A stretch of 64,000 nucleotides of DNA from Chrysemys picta bellii. Lineage: Eukaryota. The position numbers were made by a program, and so were the translations under genes. The notes below the pieces were generated by a model. The model was not told the origin of the DNA, searched no databases, and was given only the letters and a program-made list of their open reading frames with translations. The first letter of the stretch is position 1; each line of letters starts with the position of its first letter. This document shows, in pieces, positions 50,829-63,976 of this stretch. The stretch is taken from assembly GCF_011386835.1 (NCBI RefSeq), contig NC_088794.1, positions 16,616,001 through 16,680,000 of the forward strand, in the 5' to 3' direction.

Positions 50829-52153
50829 CATGGGGTATAAAACACTTTGAGATCATCCTGTGTAAGTGAGCTCCTCCCTAAGGGTCAAACATGATCATTT
50901 ATTTATCATCAGTTCCTCTTCTACCCAAACATAGGGCCGGATTGCATCCTCAGATGCACACGCTGCATTTGAAATCAGAGGAACTGGCATGTGTGCATTC
51001 AAGGGCAGAATTAGCCTCATACTCTAATCCCTTAACTATATGATTATTTTCAGGCCACCTGCAGATACTGACCTGCAAAATCCTGCCACGCTTTAAATTA
51101 TCTGCATGTTCTAATTACATCAGACAAGCAGCAACTTAAACACAGCAAACAGCAGTATATAAATTACACCATCTTGCCATGCAGTGGCACACTGTGGTCC
51201 GTATTGTCCTTGGCCTGCTTTGTGGCAATGAACTCGAATTGTTGTAGAGGTGACGGAGAGCCTGATTAGATGAAGCAGTTTCTAATGAGATTCCCTCTAA
51301 TTACAGCTTCCGCCATTCTCCCGTCTCTGGGAAGAGTGGGTAGATTCACCATGACGACATAATAATAGCACAGAAAGCTAATTAACGGATCACAGGGAGC
51401 TCAGAGTGACTCTGCCAGCAGTGATGCGTCACTTTGAATCTCATGGAAGGACTAAGCAGGGCTCTGTGAATTCTGATCTCCGGCACACTAGAGCGTCTGC
51501 ACCAATGCAAGGCCACTGGGATGAGGGGATGTGGGAGATAAAAGGCAGCTGAAAGAGCAGTGAGCGCTTTCTGAACAATGCTGGCTGTGTGACTATCTGG
51601 GGTGCCATTCCCAGAATGTGTGAGATGAGTGGAGGAAAGGAATGAAAAGAGGGCTCCTTTTCACGGAATCAAGTTGTCGCAACGACGGTTGGCAAAGAAT
51701 TATTGCTCTTGCCCACCACTCCCCACACAGGCCCTGCAAGTCATTCCCCCCCCACACACACACACACACAGTGAAGAATGTATTCTCTGTTAAAATAGAT
51801 CAAGTTGGAAGAGTGAGGAGATGAGAGGAAAGGGTTAAAAGGAAGATGGAAGAGACAGTGGGAGACAAGGTTCCAAACCAAATTTAATCCAAATGATTTA
51901 AAGTCTTTTTTTCAAGTAGCTCTGTTGTGATTGGCACTAAGTGTCTCCTTCCCCTTGTTGCCATTCCCAGCAGTCAGGCCCAGGACTAAATGGGCCATAG
52001 AGCCTGCCTTGTCCTCTCCTCTCTCCAGGTCAGAGTTGAGACACAAATTTGTCCTACCACTACCAATGCCATCTGTGGATAAATATAGGATTCGATCTCC
52101 AGGGCTGTCAGTCTGGCATCTTTCATGCCAACACTAACTTCACTATACACTTA

Positions 52154-52429
52154 GGGCTAGTCTACACTACCCGCCCAGATCAGCGGGTAGAAATCGATCT
52201 CTCAGAAATCGATTTTATCGCGTCTCATCTAGACGGATAAATCGATCCGCGTACTCCCACCTCTTCAGAAGGAGTAAGCGTCGTCGACGGGGAAACCGCA
52301 GCGGTCGATTTGCCGCCGTCCTCACAGCGGGGTAAGTCGAATAGGATACGCCGAATTCAGCTACGCTATTCGCGTAGCTCAATTTGTATATCTTAAATCG
52401 ACCCCCTCCCTTAGTGTAGACCTAGCCTC
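52154..52429. mobile_element. PIF/Harbinger MITE with internal hairpins
   Basis: TTA on both flanks; termini GGGCTAGTCTACAC / GTGTAGACCTAGCC; internal palindromes such as AGCTACGC-TATTC-GCGTAGCT. Confidence 0.8.
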
Positions 52430-53319
52430 TTAAACTACACAAGTGTTATTAGACCTGTCTCAGAAATGAACGAATTGAGACACAGAGATGGTAAGTGACT
52501 TGCCCAAAGTCACAGAGTGAATCAGTAGCAGAGTTGAGAGACGAACTCAAGGTGTCCTGACTCTCATTCCCCTACTCTCACCACGAACTGATCCCTTTCT
52601 GTTGTTTAAGCATGTTGCTAAGCAGCCCACGTAGCAGTTCTTTGGGTCTCTTATAGAAGCAGATGGTCTGGTCTGTCCAACCACCAGGCATCAAGTCCTG
52701 AGGTTCATTCCCAGTTCCACATGGGAGATAGGAAAACAAAGCTGCAAAGAAAGTAATGATATTGTTCTAGTTCTGCCCGGCCCTTCTCAGGTTGAGACTG
52801 GCTGCTTTTCAAGGTCCATGTGTGCCATGGGGCAGGGGGGAAGGATTTGGCTTTTGAATAAGCATACAAATCTCACTTGGAAAACAGCCATCTGCTTTCA
52901 CATGCCCAGCAGAAGGCAGCAGGTTCACAGAGGGATGTGGGAGGCTGCCACTTGGCACAAAGAGTAATTTCAGGGAGTCTGACTTTCTCTTTGGATAGGC
53001 AGGAGGGGTCTCCACTTGCATGGAGCCTTCATTGCTCCTTTGTGGTGATAATGAATTCTCAGTGTCCGGAGCACCTGCCTCCCCACTTGGAAAGCACATT
53101 ATTCACTTCCTGTCCTAAACTGGTGGGCAGCATTGCTATTGGGCTATTAACAGCTGCCACATCCCACCCCAGAAACGGCTGCATTTGTGGTAGGAGTCGT
53201 GATTGCAGTGGATGTAGAGCCTTCCCTTGGAGGAGCGGCACTATGGAAACGTAAGAGGGTTCCCATTCCTGTAGCACAGATACTCTCTGGCTAACGGCTC
53301 TCTGGTTTCTTTTTCACAG

Positions 53320-53487
53320 GAGGTCCATGAATGAGATTGTGTGTGTCTCTGCTCCGTCAGCACATGGCTTGGGCCCCATCCATGTCTCTGTCAGTGTGGA
53401 CCGGGCGCAGTTAGAGAGCACTCTGGAATTTGAATACATTGATGACCCCAGAGTGCAGCGCATCGAACCTGAGTGGAGCATAGCCAG
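53320..53487 (+). CDS. PLXNA2: Plexin-A2 coding exon k (168 nt)
   Basis: CACAG acceptor; (G)[55 protein letters not shown](S); donor AG|GTAAC. Confidence 0.97.
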
Positions 53488-54485
53488 GTAACAAGAGTCT
53501 CACAGCTTCTTCACATCTCCTTCCCCAGTGGGAGCGAGTGCATGGCACAGAAGCTAACTCACCAGATATAATAGAACTAGAGATGTGCAAGCTGGTTGGA
53601 TTCTACGGGAACTGGTCTAGGCCTTCACCCTGGACTCAAAGGGGAGTGTTTTTTAAGGTATTCCATTATTTTTCATTCCCTCTTCCCCATATTCCACCCA
53701 GAGGCAGGCAATGTTGAAATACCATGCAGGAGGCCTTTCCTACCAGGGTCCTGGTTCACCTGGAAGCAGGAAGTGTAGAGAAGGACTACCCCGCCCCCCT
53801 CCCCATGCAGCTGCCAGCTTATTCCTGCAGACACCGGCTGTTTGGATAAGTTTGCAAACATGGAGATGATCCCCAAGCCAAATTTACCCCATGCTCTGCG
53901 CAAGCTGCAATCCAGTGTTCTGGTTGGGATCCATCTCTAGTGCTTACCTGAATTCAGATGTGCTCATGTACAGCAAAAAAAAATAACATATAAAGGGGAG
54001 GAACCTTATCTTTTGCAAACCCGCTCTGATTGCCTTTTAGGCAGCAGCATTGTTTTATCCTTTATGTGACCTGCTTTGCCCTCCATCCCTGTTAGGAATC
54101 ATACTGGAAACTCTCATGCCATGGGATCCACACTAACTTGAAAAATTATTATGCTCCTTCCTGGTCCCTCACCTACTAGAAAACATGGTTCAGGGCTCAG
54201 AGTCCTAGAACGTACCCCCTTGGGGAGAATACTTTTTGAATTCTCTTCGCTTGTTTGGCTGCCTTTGTCAACAGCCAGCTGGAGTCAGGTGACCCAGGGC
54301 TTATTTCACCTGTGTCAGTATTGAAGACATTGCTATTTCAGGCTTGATCCTGCAAGGAGCTGAGCACCCTCCCCTCTCTTGAAAGTCACTGGGTGTTAGA
54401 GATGCTCAGCTTCAGGGTGAGGGCTAGAAGCTGCATCCTTGTACGGTGGCTGCAGAGGCTCAGAAAACCCTTTTAAAAACACCTC

Positions 54486-55018
54486 GGGTATGTCTACACT
54501 TCATTGTAAGTCCAGTGTTAGTAGTACTCAAATTAACCTAGGGCTTGAGCGTCTACACTCATTTGTAACCCCAGGTTAGGAATTGTTGAACCCTGGGTCC
54601 AAACCTGGGGCACCAACATCTACAACTGCATTATGCAGGCCTGAGTCCAACCACCCATATCCAGACTTCCTCGCGCCCTCCCAGAATGTGGATGCTCTAG
54701 CCCTTTGTTTGTGGCTCAGTGCAGGAAAACTTGACTGTCCTCCAAACTTGACTGTCTAGAGGACAAAGAAAGTCAGCCCATGGGACTGAGAGTTATTTTT
54801 GGTGGACTCCCCCAGCATGAGTCAAGTGGGACTGCATGTACACTGCAAAGCAACAGGCTTGAACCCTGGGTCCCAGCTTGACTCAGGCTCAGACCCTCCA
54901 TCCCCTTGGGACCCAGGGTCCGATCCCTGGGTTAGCGCGATGTGTGTATAAATGGAAGGGGGATTAGGCATGAGCCTGAGTTTGAACCGTGGGCTTACAT
55001 TGCAGTGTAGACATGCCT
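54486..55018. mobile_element. PIF/Harbinger-type nonautonomous element
   Basis: Termini GGGTATGTCTACACT / AGTGTAGACATGCC; internal AACCCTGGG repeats. Confidence 0.7.
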
Positions 55019-56432
55019 TCAGTCTCCTCTCTCAGGATATACCAGGTAAGGACAAAAGAGAGCCTATTTGGAATACCATGTCTCCCACGCAGGGTCCTGA
55101 ATCAGTCCTTGCCAAACATCTACAGCATCCACATTTCCTGAGATGGAAAATCAGGTCCAGAGTTATTAAACCAATTGTAATTACCAAGGCAATCACAACA
55201 GTCTCAATCTGTGCAGAGATTCTGGGAGAGCAAATAAAGCCCCAAGATCACTCCCATCTGCTGACAAAGTGCACAATTGCTCATTAAAGTCTCCGTCTTG
55301 TAGCTCTGGAGAGTCTGGAATGAAACAAAAAACAGCAGCAACCAAACAAAAAAAAAAGCTGATGCTAATCAAAATGCTCTGTTTTATCCAAGATTCACTG
55401 CTAGGGACAGGATGGCAGGTGCTGCAGCGTCACTCTGACGTGTGGAGTGTTAAAAAGCTAGGCCAAATTCATCCCCGGTGTAACGCCATGAATCTGCACA
55501 AGGGATGAAACAGGGCCATTAATTTCACATTCAGTTATTTAAAAAAAAAATGGCCAGTGGGAGAAATAAGTGTCTCCTGTGGAAAAAGACCAAGGCGGGT
55601 TAAAAGTGATGTCCTCCCTGCAGCCTAAAATCAAGGGTGAGTTGGTGTCTTGCGTGAGAGGGGTTTTGTAGGCTCATTTGAATCACTGGTAGAGATGCTA
55701 AAAGAGACATAGCTGGTATTTCCTTTAGAAAGGTGGGGGTGCTGGGCTACTGGAGGTGCTCTCCAGCAAATAAAGCAGAAGGAAAACCAAAGAGTAAAAG
55801 ATCCCATGGTGCTTTTTGCAAAAGTTTGGAGGTATTACCACCAGAATCATGGCCATATTCTAACCTGGCTCATGACATTCTGCTTCCCTACATTCCCATG
55901 TGGCTAACCAGACAGGTTATTTGTCATCCCTGTCCTGCCAAGCCTCTGCTACATGTGGTGTGTGTTGTCTGTGCTGTGCCCAACCCCAGAGGTGGCTGCG
56001 ATCTGGAAGTGGGAGAAATAACAATCCCTTCATAGCCCATGCCATTCATCGTGCAGCACCCTGTTACTTAGAAGGCTCACTGTATAAATCGTTAAACACT
56101 GTGACTAATCTACCGTCTTTCTTTATTTGGTCCCGATTGTTTATTTTTTCATCCTGCTGCTTTTGTTTGTGCCGAGCCTTGAAGTGTTATGTAGGAGGTG
56201 ACTCTCCACTGGGGGACAGTCAAGACCAGAAAATCCAATTAACTTGAGACATCCCTCCCCAGAGACAGAGCGATAGTGTATTAATCCCCTGTGTCACCTA
56301 GTTCCTGTAGAGTCCACAGAAAACACCTTTCTGAGATCAACAAGCCTCTGTGTTGTTGGAGCACAGTCACTATACGCTGCTGCCGCTCTCCCCGCCAAAC
56401 CTCATTAATCTGGTGTTCATGCTTCTCTATAG

Positions 56433-56526
56433 CGGACACACGCCTCTGACAGTCACGGGTTCCAACCTGGATGTGATTCAGGAGCCAAGGATCCGTGTGA
56501 AGTACAATGGCAAGGAGTCTGTCAAT
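56433..56526 (+). CDS. PLXNA2: Plexin-A2 coding exon l (94 nt)
   Basis: CTATAG acceptor; (S)[31 protein letters not shown]; donor AAT|GTAAG. Confidence 0.97.
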
Positions 56527-58803
56527 GTAAGTAGATGTCATCAAAGTGCAGTTGGCTTCCCCTTTAGCCCTCTTGAGATAAGTAGTCCCACCTTTACCTC
56601 TTAGTAACTGTTGAAACCAATGTGATGTTAGTAGCTTGGGCAACAGCGCAGGTGCATTCTGCCTCGACCAGTCCAGCCTGCTCAGCCGTCCATGTGTTTT
56701 CTGTTCTGATACATTCAGTGGCACAGCTGTTGCATCCCATTGGGAAGCACCTGGAACGTATGTGCATCTTACATTTTTATATAGCTTTTTATGAATTCTT
56801 TTCAGAACCACCCACAGTCAATCCAATCCATCCTCCATTTTTGAGAAACACCATGTACGTTGGCAGCACTATATAAATGCTGGGTAGCAGGAAGAATCGT
56901 ATTGGTTAATGCTCGTCAGATCTAATTTTCTAATTAAATATAAGCACCTCAAACTCAGAAAGGCCTCTTAGGTGTTTTCAAGCATCTGCCATTTATAACT
57001 GTCCCAGCTGAATTGTTTGCTTGTTTTGTTTAACTGGATTTCTAAAAGGAGCTGTGATCGGAGATTGAGATACTGTGTACTGGGGCATCTGAGCGATGAA
57101 CTCATTTGCACAGGGAAGGTAGAAATGCCTGAGATAGTGAATTGTAAAGCGTAATGCTGATGGAGGCTTTGTCCCAGTGCCGCTATAATAAAGAGAGTGG
57201 TCAGGACAGGTTATTAATTGATATAGCTTTTCGTTTGTCATTAGGGGAGGGCGCCTGTGTTCAGGTCAACTTTACCCTCTAGTGTTTGTTGTGTTTACCA
57301 GCTGGGGACCCCAGGTGCTAGCACTGACTTAACCCTTTAGTGGAGTTCCCCATCTGGCAAGCAGGCTGGCTGAATGCATGCAAATCTGGCTTGCTGCCAC
57401 AGCCACACCCCCAGCGTAGACCCTCATGGCCCCTAGGCAGCAGCTCCTGAAGAGAGGAAGCTGTCTTTCATGGCCTGGCTTGGATTTTTTTGCACCAGAC
57501 TGTTTACTCCCTAGGTCAGCAATGGGCCTGGGAGTTCTGCAGTTGGTGCCTTCAGCCCCGTGCTACTGAGTGGCCCTATGAGGAGCAAGGTGGACCGGCT
57601 CCAAATGGGCATTGTTGGTGAGATTGCTGAGGAAGAGTTAGTATTTCAAGCCGTGGAGGCCCATAGTGACGGGAAGCAGCAGGGAGTCAGGGATCGTTGA
57701 GACACATGGCGCTTGTGTCATTGTGAGGCCCAGCTATATATCATCCGAGAGGCACAAAAACCAACAGCAGGGGAGGGCGCTGAGTATACAGAGTGAGTTT
57801 GACACACAGACAATGGGCAATGACTTCTGCAGTGACCCAGGGGTGGCTGTACGGTACAGGGGCTGCCCTGGGCCAGCACAGAACTGCCAGGAAGTCTCAG
57901 AAGCTAGACATGGAAGAGCCCTATTAGGTCATCTGGTCCATCTCCTCAAGATCAATGTCTAATTCCTCCCCTGGGCCTTGCAAATTCATTTTCTTTTGGA
58001 AATCGCCCTCGGTTTTTCCATGCTCTCAGGAGCCCTGTACACCAGCCTGAGAGCCCTTCTTCCTCCCAGCAGGCAGCAGCCATGGGGGCTCATCAGGACT
58101 CATCTCTGCAGGCATGTTTCAGGGGGGAGACAGAACAGATATTAATTCCCAGCTGCTCTGCAGAGGCTCAGTTTGCCTTGCTCCTTTTGTGCAGGCCCAC
58201 AGCTAGGTTTGCAATGAGAAATTGCCAGCTTGGGGTTTGTTGTTGGTTTTTTTTTTTTTTAGTAGTCCCTCTGTATCGGTCGCGCCATAAATACAGCTCC
58301 TATCATAGCAGCTCTGGGCCCAGCAAGCACACAAGGGAGCCGGGGGGGGAAGGAGGGAATCCGCCACTGAACAAAAAGGTTTCAAGCTGCTTTTTCCCTT
58401 TTGCTGCAATGATCAAGTCACGAGATAAGTTGAGAGGCTGCTTCCCTGCTAAGATGCCTTCCACCGTATGAAATGAAAGATTTGCATTCCAGTCACATGG
58501 GATGGTTCAAGGGGAAAAGACTGCTGGGGACAAAGGAAGGCAGGGAGCTGCACCATGCAGGTCACACCAACCAATTGTTCAAGAACAGCCAGGCTTGCTG
58601 GTAATGGGGTGTTCATACCACTGCAGTAGGTGTCTCTAACAGCACTTGCTTTTAGTGGCTACATTGATCCCAGTTTTGCAGCATGACACAGAAATGCACA
58701 TGTGGCCCCTGTGCCTGCAAAGCCCCAGATGCTCACATGCGGAAGGGAGCTGGTGTGCAGAAAGTAAGGTACCCCTTGCGTGAGCTGGACTGTGGCTCTT
58801 AGG

Positions 58804-59824
58804 TAGGGTTACCATATTTCAGCGAGCAAAAAAGAGGACGGGAGGAGCCCCGCCGTAGCCCCGCCCCTGCCCCTCCCACTTCCCGCCCCCCCTGACCTCC
58901 CAACCCTCCCCCCGTTCCTTGTCCCCTGACTACCCCCTCCTGGGACCCCTTACCCTAACTGCCCCCCAGGACTATCTAAGCCTCCCTGCCTCTTGTCCCC
59001 TGACTGCCCCAACCTTTATCCACACCCCCACCCCCAGACAGACCCCTGGGACTCCCACGCCCCATCCAACCACTCCCCACCCACTGACAGCCCCCCCCCA
59101 GAACTCCCAACCCATCTAAACCCCTCTGCTCCCTGTCCCCTGACTGCTCCGATCCCTCTCCGCACTCCTGCCCCCTGACAGCCCCCCCCAGAACTCCCAA
59201 CCCATCTAAACCCCTCTGCTCCCTGTCCCCTGACTGCTCCGATCCCTCTCCCCACTCCTGCCCCCTGACAGCTCCCCCCCAGAACTCCCAGCCCCCTACC
59301 CCCCCCCGCTCCTTGTCCCCTAACTGCCCCCTCCTAAGACCCCCCCCAACTGCCCCCCAGGACCCTACCCCCTACCTGTACCCTGACTGCCCAAAACTTT
59401 CTCCACTCCCCCCAAAAAGCCCCCCCCCGTTTCTTGACCTCCACCTCCAGAACCTTCCTGCCCCCTGACCTCCTTACCCTGCTGCTCAGAACAGAGTGTT
59501 GGGCTCTGTGCAGCCGAGCCGGACACGTGGCTGAGCTCCCCTGCACAACAAAACCCGGTCTGGCCCTGCACAACAAAACCCGGTCTGGCCCTGCACAGTG
59601 CTGGTGGACTGGGCTGCAAGGGAGCTGCTGGCTCAGAATGCAGGGCGGATCCGGCTCCTCTACAGCTGCTCCTGAGTCCAGCCCGGGACTTCCCTGCAGC
59701 CCTCCAAGCCACTCGCTCTGCTAATCCCGGACATTGTGAGTGCTTTACAAATTCCCCCCGGACGCTATTTTTAGCACACAAAAGGAGGACATGTCCGGGG
59801 AAATCCGGACGTATGGTAACCCTA
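58804..59824. mobile_element. hAT (Tip100-like) nonautonomous element with internal C-rich minisatellite
   Basis: Perfect TIRs TAGGGTTACCATA / TATGGTAACCCTA; TCTTAGG on both flanks; internal 90-bp repeat (59101, 59191, 59282) and 25-bp repeat (59539-59597). Confidence 0.85.
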
Positions 59825-60733
59825 TCTTAGGGGACTTGTGTGCATGGGGCTGTGTGTGTTTCCTCAGCCTTATTTTGATGCCTCTCTCCTAGTTAGCTCT
59901 AACTGAGCCCCTTATGTAAACCATTTGTCCCACACGTCATAAACCACCATGGAAAGTTTAAAAAGTGAACAAATAGAACTGTAATCTTTTTTTTTCTTTG
60001 GGCCCAGACTGTGTAAATTGCATTCTCCCCAGGCGCACTCAGCAGAACGGCTGGCAGCATACCCAGGCCACTGCACGGGTGCCAAGTGCGCAGTGCTGCT
60101 CTTTAGCTAGACCCTTTCATGCCCTTCTTTTGCCTTAAAAACCGGTAAAACCTCCACCCTTCAGCCTACTGCATACGGATGCAGGTTGGTATCTGGCTGA
60201 GCTGCTGATGTCCTTTATCCTCTCTTGACCTCCCTGAGAGCAAATTGAGCGGAGCTTTCATCCCTAAGAACTGGCAAGGGGAAGCACAGATTGAACCCTT
60301 ACCTTGCTTCGGCAAAGGAGTAGTCCCAGGCTGTCACACTTGCAAATACCTGTTTTTCTACTTCTCTGGCTGAACTGAAAAAGTTGAAAATATTTTGTTT
60401 CAGGTTGAACAAAACATTTCTGCATTTTTTGGCAGCTAGAAATGTCACCAAATAATGTCTGGTAACAGCCTTTGTGCTGCCATGACGCCAAACACAGCGA
60501 CTGGACGTTATCTAATGACGGTTATCATTCATCTTGTCCTGTTCTATCTGCTTGAGCTGTTGTGCATTTGGATGTTTTATGAGCTTGAATGAGGCGCCCA
60601 GAATGCTGTAAAAATCCAGTTTATTATTCTTATTTAGTGACTTTCAAGGGCCATTCTGCATGGGAACAGTTTTGCTTTCACTCTGAAGCAAAATGACTTT
60701 TTAGATCTGCTCAGCACAGAGACGCTCCCGGGT

Positions 60734-61020
60734 CAGCCTGGTCCACACTAACCCCCCCACTTCGAACTAAGATACACAACTTCAGCTACGTTAATAACGT
60801 AGCTGAAGTCGAAGTACCTTAGTTCGAACTTACCGCCGGTCCAGATGCGGCAGGCAGGCTCCCCCGTCGACTCCGCGTACTCCTCTCGCGGAGCAGGAGT
60901 ACCGGCGTTGACGGCGAGCACTTCCAGGATCGATTTATCGCGTCTAGACAAGACACGATAAATCGATCCCAGAAGATCGATTGCTTACCGCCGGACCCGA
61001 AGGTAAGTATAGACGTACCC
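60734..61020. mobile_element. PIF/Harbinger MITE (inverted relative to 52154-52429)
   Basis: Termini CCTGGTCCACACT / AGTATAGACGTACCC; internal hairpins CTTCAGCTACGTTA-A-TAACGTAGCTGAAG and GGATCGATTTATCG...CGATAAATCGATCC. Confidence 0.8.
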
Positions 61021-61561
61021 GACTGATTTTAAGAAGGGAGGTGTTTCAGATTTTGTGGGGAGAGTGGAAGGAATATCGAATGTAGGGAAGAGAACAGGCC
61101 CAGCTTGCTGAGGTGTTCTGTGAATGGTTCAGGAGTCTTTTGAATTCCACCATGTTGGGGAGGAAATGGCTCTCTGCTCAAAGGATAGAAGTGGGGTTAG
61201 TGGAATTGGTACAAGACTAAGCAGTAGAGCAGTGGCTCTCAATCCGCGAGAACCATTAAAAGAAACTGTACGTCCCCAAACTTGCACCTAAATCTCAAGA
61301 TCCCTGTGAGGTGAGGAAGTATCCTCCCCATTTTACAGATGGAGAGCCGAGGCATAGCGTACATGAGGTGAATCTCTCAAGGACACACAGGGGGTCTGCG
61401 GCAGAGCTGGGGACTGAATCTAGATCTCTTAAGACAGTCCAGTGCTCTGTCCTTCCTGATGCTGCAGAAATAACACTTAATATTAATTTAGCTCTTTCCA
61501 CTCAAGGAAGCTGAGCTGAAGCAAACCTCGGTTTGCCGGTGTCTAAGTAGTGTCCATGCAC

Positions 61562-61710
61562 CAGGGCCGGCTCCAGGCACCAGCTTAACAAGCAGGTGCT
61601 TGGGGCGGCCAAGGGAGAGGGGCGGCACCTGCGGCAATTCGGGGGCAGCAGGTCCCTCACTCCCTCTAGGAGCGAAGGACCTGCCGCTGAAGTGCCATCG
61701 CCGATCGCGG

Positions 61711-61747
<37 letters not shown>

Positions 61748-61780
61748 CTTGGGGCGGCAGAAATGCTGGAGCCAGCCCTG
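61562..61780. mobile_element. hAT MITE (CAGGGCCGGCTC family) with a 34-nt poly-T
   Basis: Perfect 8-bp TSD CCATGCAC (61554-61561, 61781-61788); opposite orientation to 26882 and 50002. Confidence 0.9.
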
Positions 61781-63976
61781 CCATGCACGCTGTAATGGGA
61801 TGTATGCTCACTTTAACATTCATCACCAATTGAACCTGAGAATACTCTTTCCGTGTTGCAAAAAGACTGAACTTGTTGAGTGCTATCCTGGGAAGGGTTA
61901 TTTACTTAGCAGTCATGCCTTTTCCCTTTCCCCCGTGCTCAGGTCTGAGCTCTGCTTTTTATTATTATTATTATTACAAAGATAATTCTAAATACACAAA
62001 TCTGAGTGGAATTAAATCTTCTGTTTGTGGAGGGAGGCCAAATTAAACATCCCCTGAAGCTTTTTAGGGCCTGGTTTCTAAATAAATTAGCAAAGAAAGC
62101 TATGCTCTGCCTCCAAACAAACTCTTCCCCATACGGAAAGGGGGAGCAATGGGTATCCTCAGCCCAGCAGGAGTTGACCTTCATTTTACCTAGAATCCTT
62201 CAGTATCAGTTGATTATTCTTCTGTCCCTTTGGTATTAAAAGATTGTCTCTGATCACAAATGTGTAGCCAAGACCAGACATTAATTATGGGTCCAGTTCA
62301 AAGGCGTGTTGGGCAAATACAGAGCAGCAGAAGAGAAAAAAGTACTTAGCAATCTGGTTTGTGATTCTTTAGTTGCTTAAGCCATTTTCAGTTTGAAGCT
62401 CTATCTCCAGCTCCACTCTTGTGTCCTTGTGCTGGTTTAGAGGACACACAAACTCTCCCAAAAACGAGACTTTAATGATTCAAGCTTAAGCAAATGATTC
62501 TGGCTAAATACCAATCCATCAGAATCTGCAGAGGGAATTTAGAGAGGCAGAATGCAATTAGCCAAGTCAGAATTTAGCTAGCATACAAGGGTCCCTGTAA
62601 CTTAGTGCCATTAGAAACCAGGAGAGATTAGAACTCTGTTTTTTGTATTACTCCTGTAACCCTCCCTAGTGCTGTGCTGGTAATTCAGTACTGATTTGGA
62701 AGGAAGACTGCAAAACTCTGTAGAACCCACATAACTGGTTACAGCCTTTGGGCATTCCTGTCCTCTTCAAGTACTGGCCAGGCTCAATAGAATGTGAGGA
62801 CAAATAACATGACAGCCTTAGGTGCTAGGGATGCAGACTATCCCTCAACTTGCTCCTCCCAAAATCTCCTGGCCGGCTTTCAGCCATTAAGGGTAACTTT
62901 TATAGGCAAATATTTCAAATAAGGTTTCCTTCAGAAAATGCTGACATCCCCTTGACTGTATTATGTCAACCTGTGTGTGTGAGGGAGAGAGAGAGAGAGA
63001 CATGATTTGACTTCCATAAGCACCACTTTTGCCTCTTATTGTCTGTTTTTCCTGCTACAGCCCTTCACTTTCACCCACCCACGACATGTCAGTAACACCC
63101 ACTCACATTCACTCATACTAGTGTAGGCTCCTCTGAATTTGGTCCTCAGTCCCTAACTCATTGCATTGTAAAGTTTAAAAAGATACCTGCTGTTCACAGG
63201 CTCAGCATAAAGGCAAATTCTATTCTGCTCTCCTCTTTCCTACTTGCCAAGTTGCAGAGGGAGACATATAAGATAAACAAATGCAGCTGAAACCCCTTTC
63301 ACAGTTACTGAGTGCCATGCTTTTAAAAGCAATGACTGCAGCCAGGTTCAGATCAGCACAAAAGAGAGTGCCTGCAAGAGGTTTTATTAACATCTTGCAA
63401 CTCTGTGTGTGTGTATGTGTGTGAGTTGCACTGATTAGCTTTGGTAACACTTTCACATTATTGCCAGTGGGTTAGTAGAACTATGGTCCTTCCTGTGTAA
63501 TACCCCTCTGGACCCTTCTCAGTTTCCCATATGCTGTCCCTCTAACCCCATGTCTCTGACCTGCCCTGGAAAGACCAGCTCTAAACTAAGAAGAAAATTC
63601 ACCTCCCATACCCTGTGCTGAGGCCAGCAACTGTAATGGTAGCTTTTATGCTGTGGGCACCTGTCCCACTAGCAATAGGACTGCAGCTATTTCAGATAGA
63701 GGCCAGTAAACAAGTCTGATGACAATGGCCTGTTTCATCTGGGATAGATTTGGAGTCTTAGGTATCTTCCAGTCTGAAAGGGCCAAATTCAGCTCTAGTG
63801 TAAGGGTTTTAAAAGACAATTAGCAACCATACAGTAGACTAAGCCTAAATGAGTGTAACTGCATAGAAGTCAGTTAATTTGCCACTGGGTGTTATGTCTG
63901 GGCAAAGATCAGACAGTAAAAGAGATTTCTCATTCAAAGTGTTAATCTTCCTCTCTTGTTTCCCTTTCCTGTCCAG

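Noticed and set aside
49995-50850. Overlapping long ORFs (208 aa, 272 aa and others)
   Set aside because: They lie within a GC-rich hAT element where stop codons are rare; low-complexity P/G/A/R peptides and poly-K/F from homopolymers.
59084-59597. Repeats as a possible CRISPR-like array
   Set aside because: Units are head-to-tail tandem copies with no unique spacers, inside a hAT element; no cas genes.
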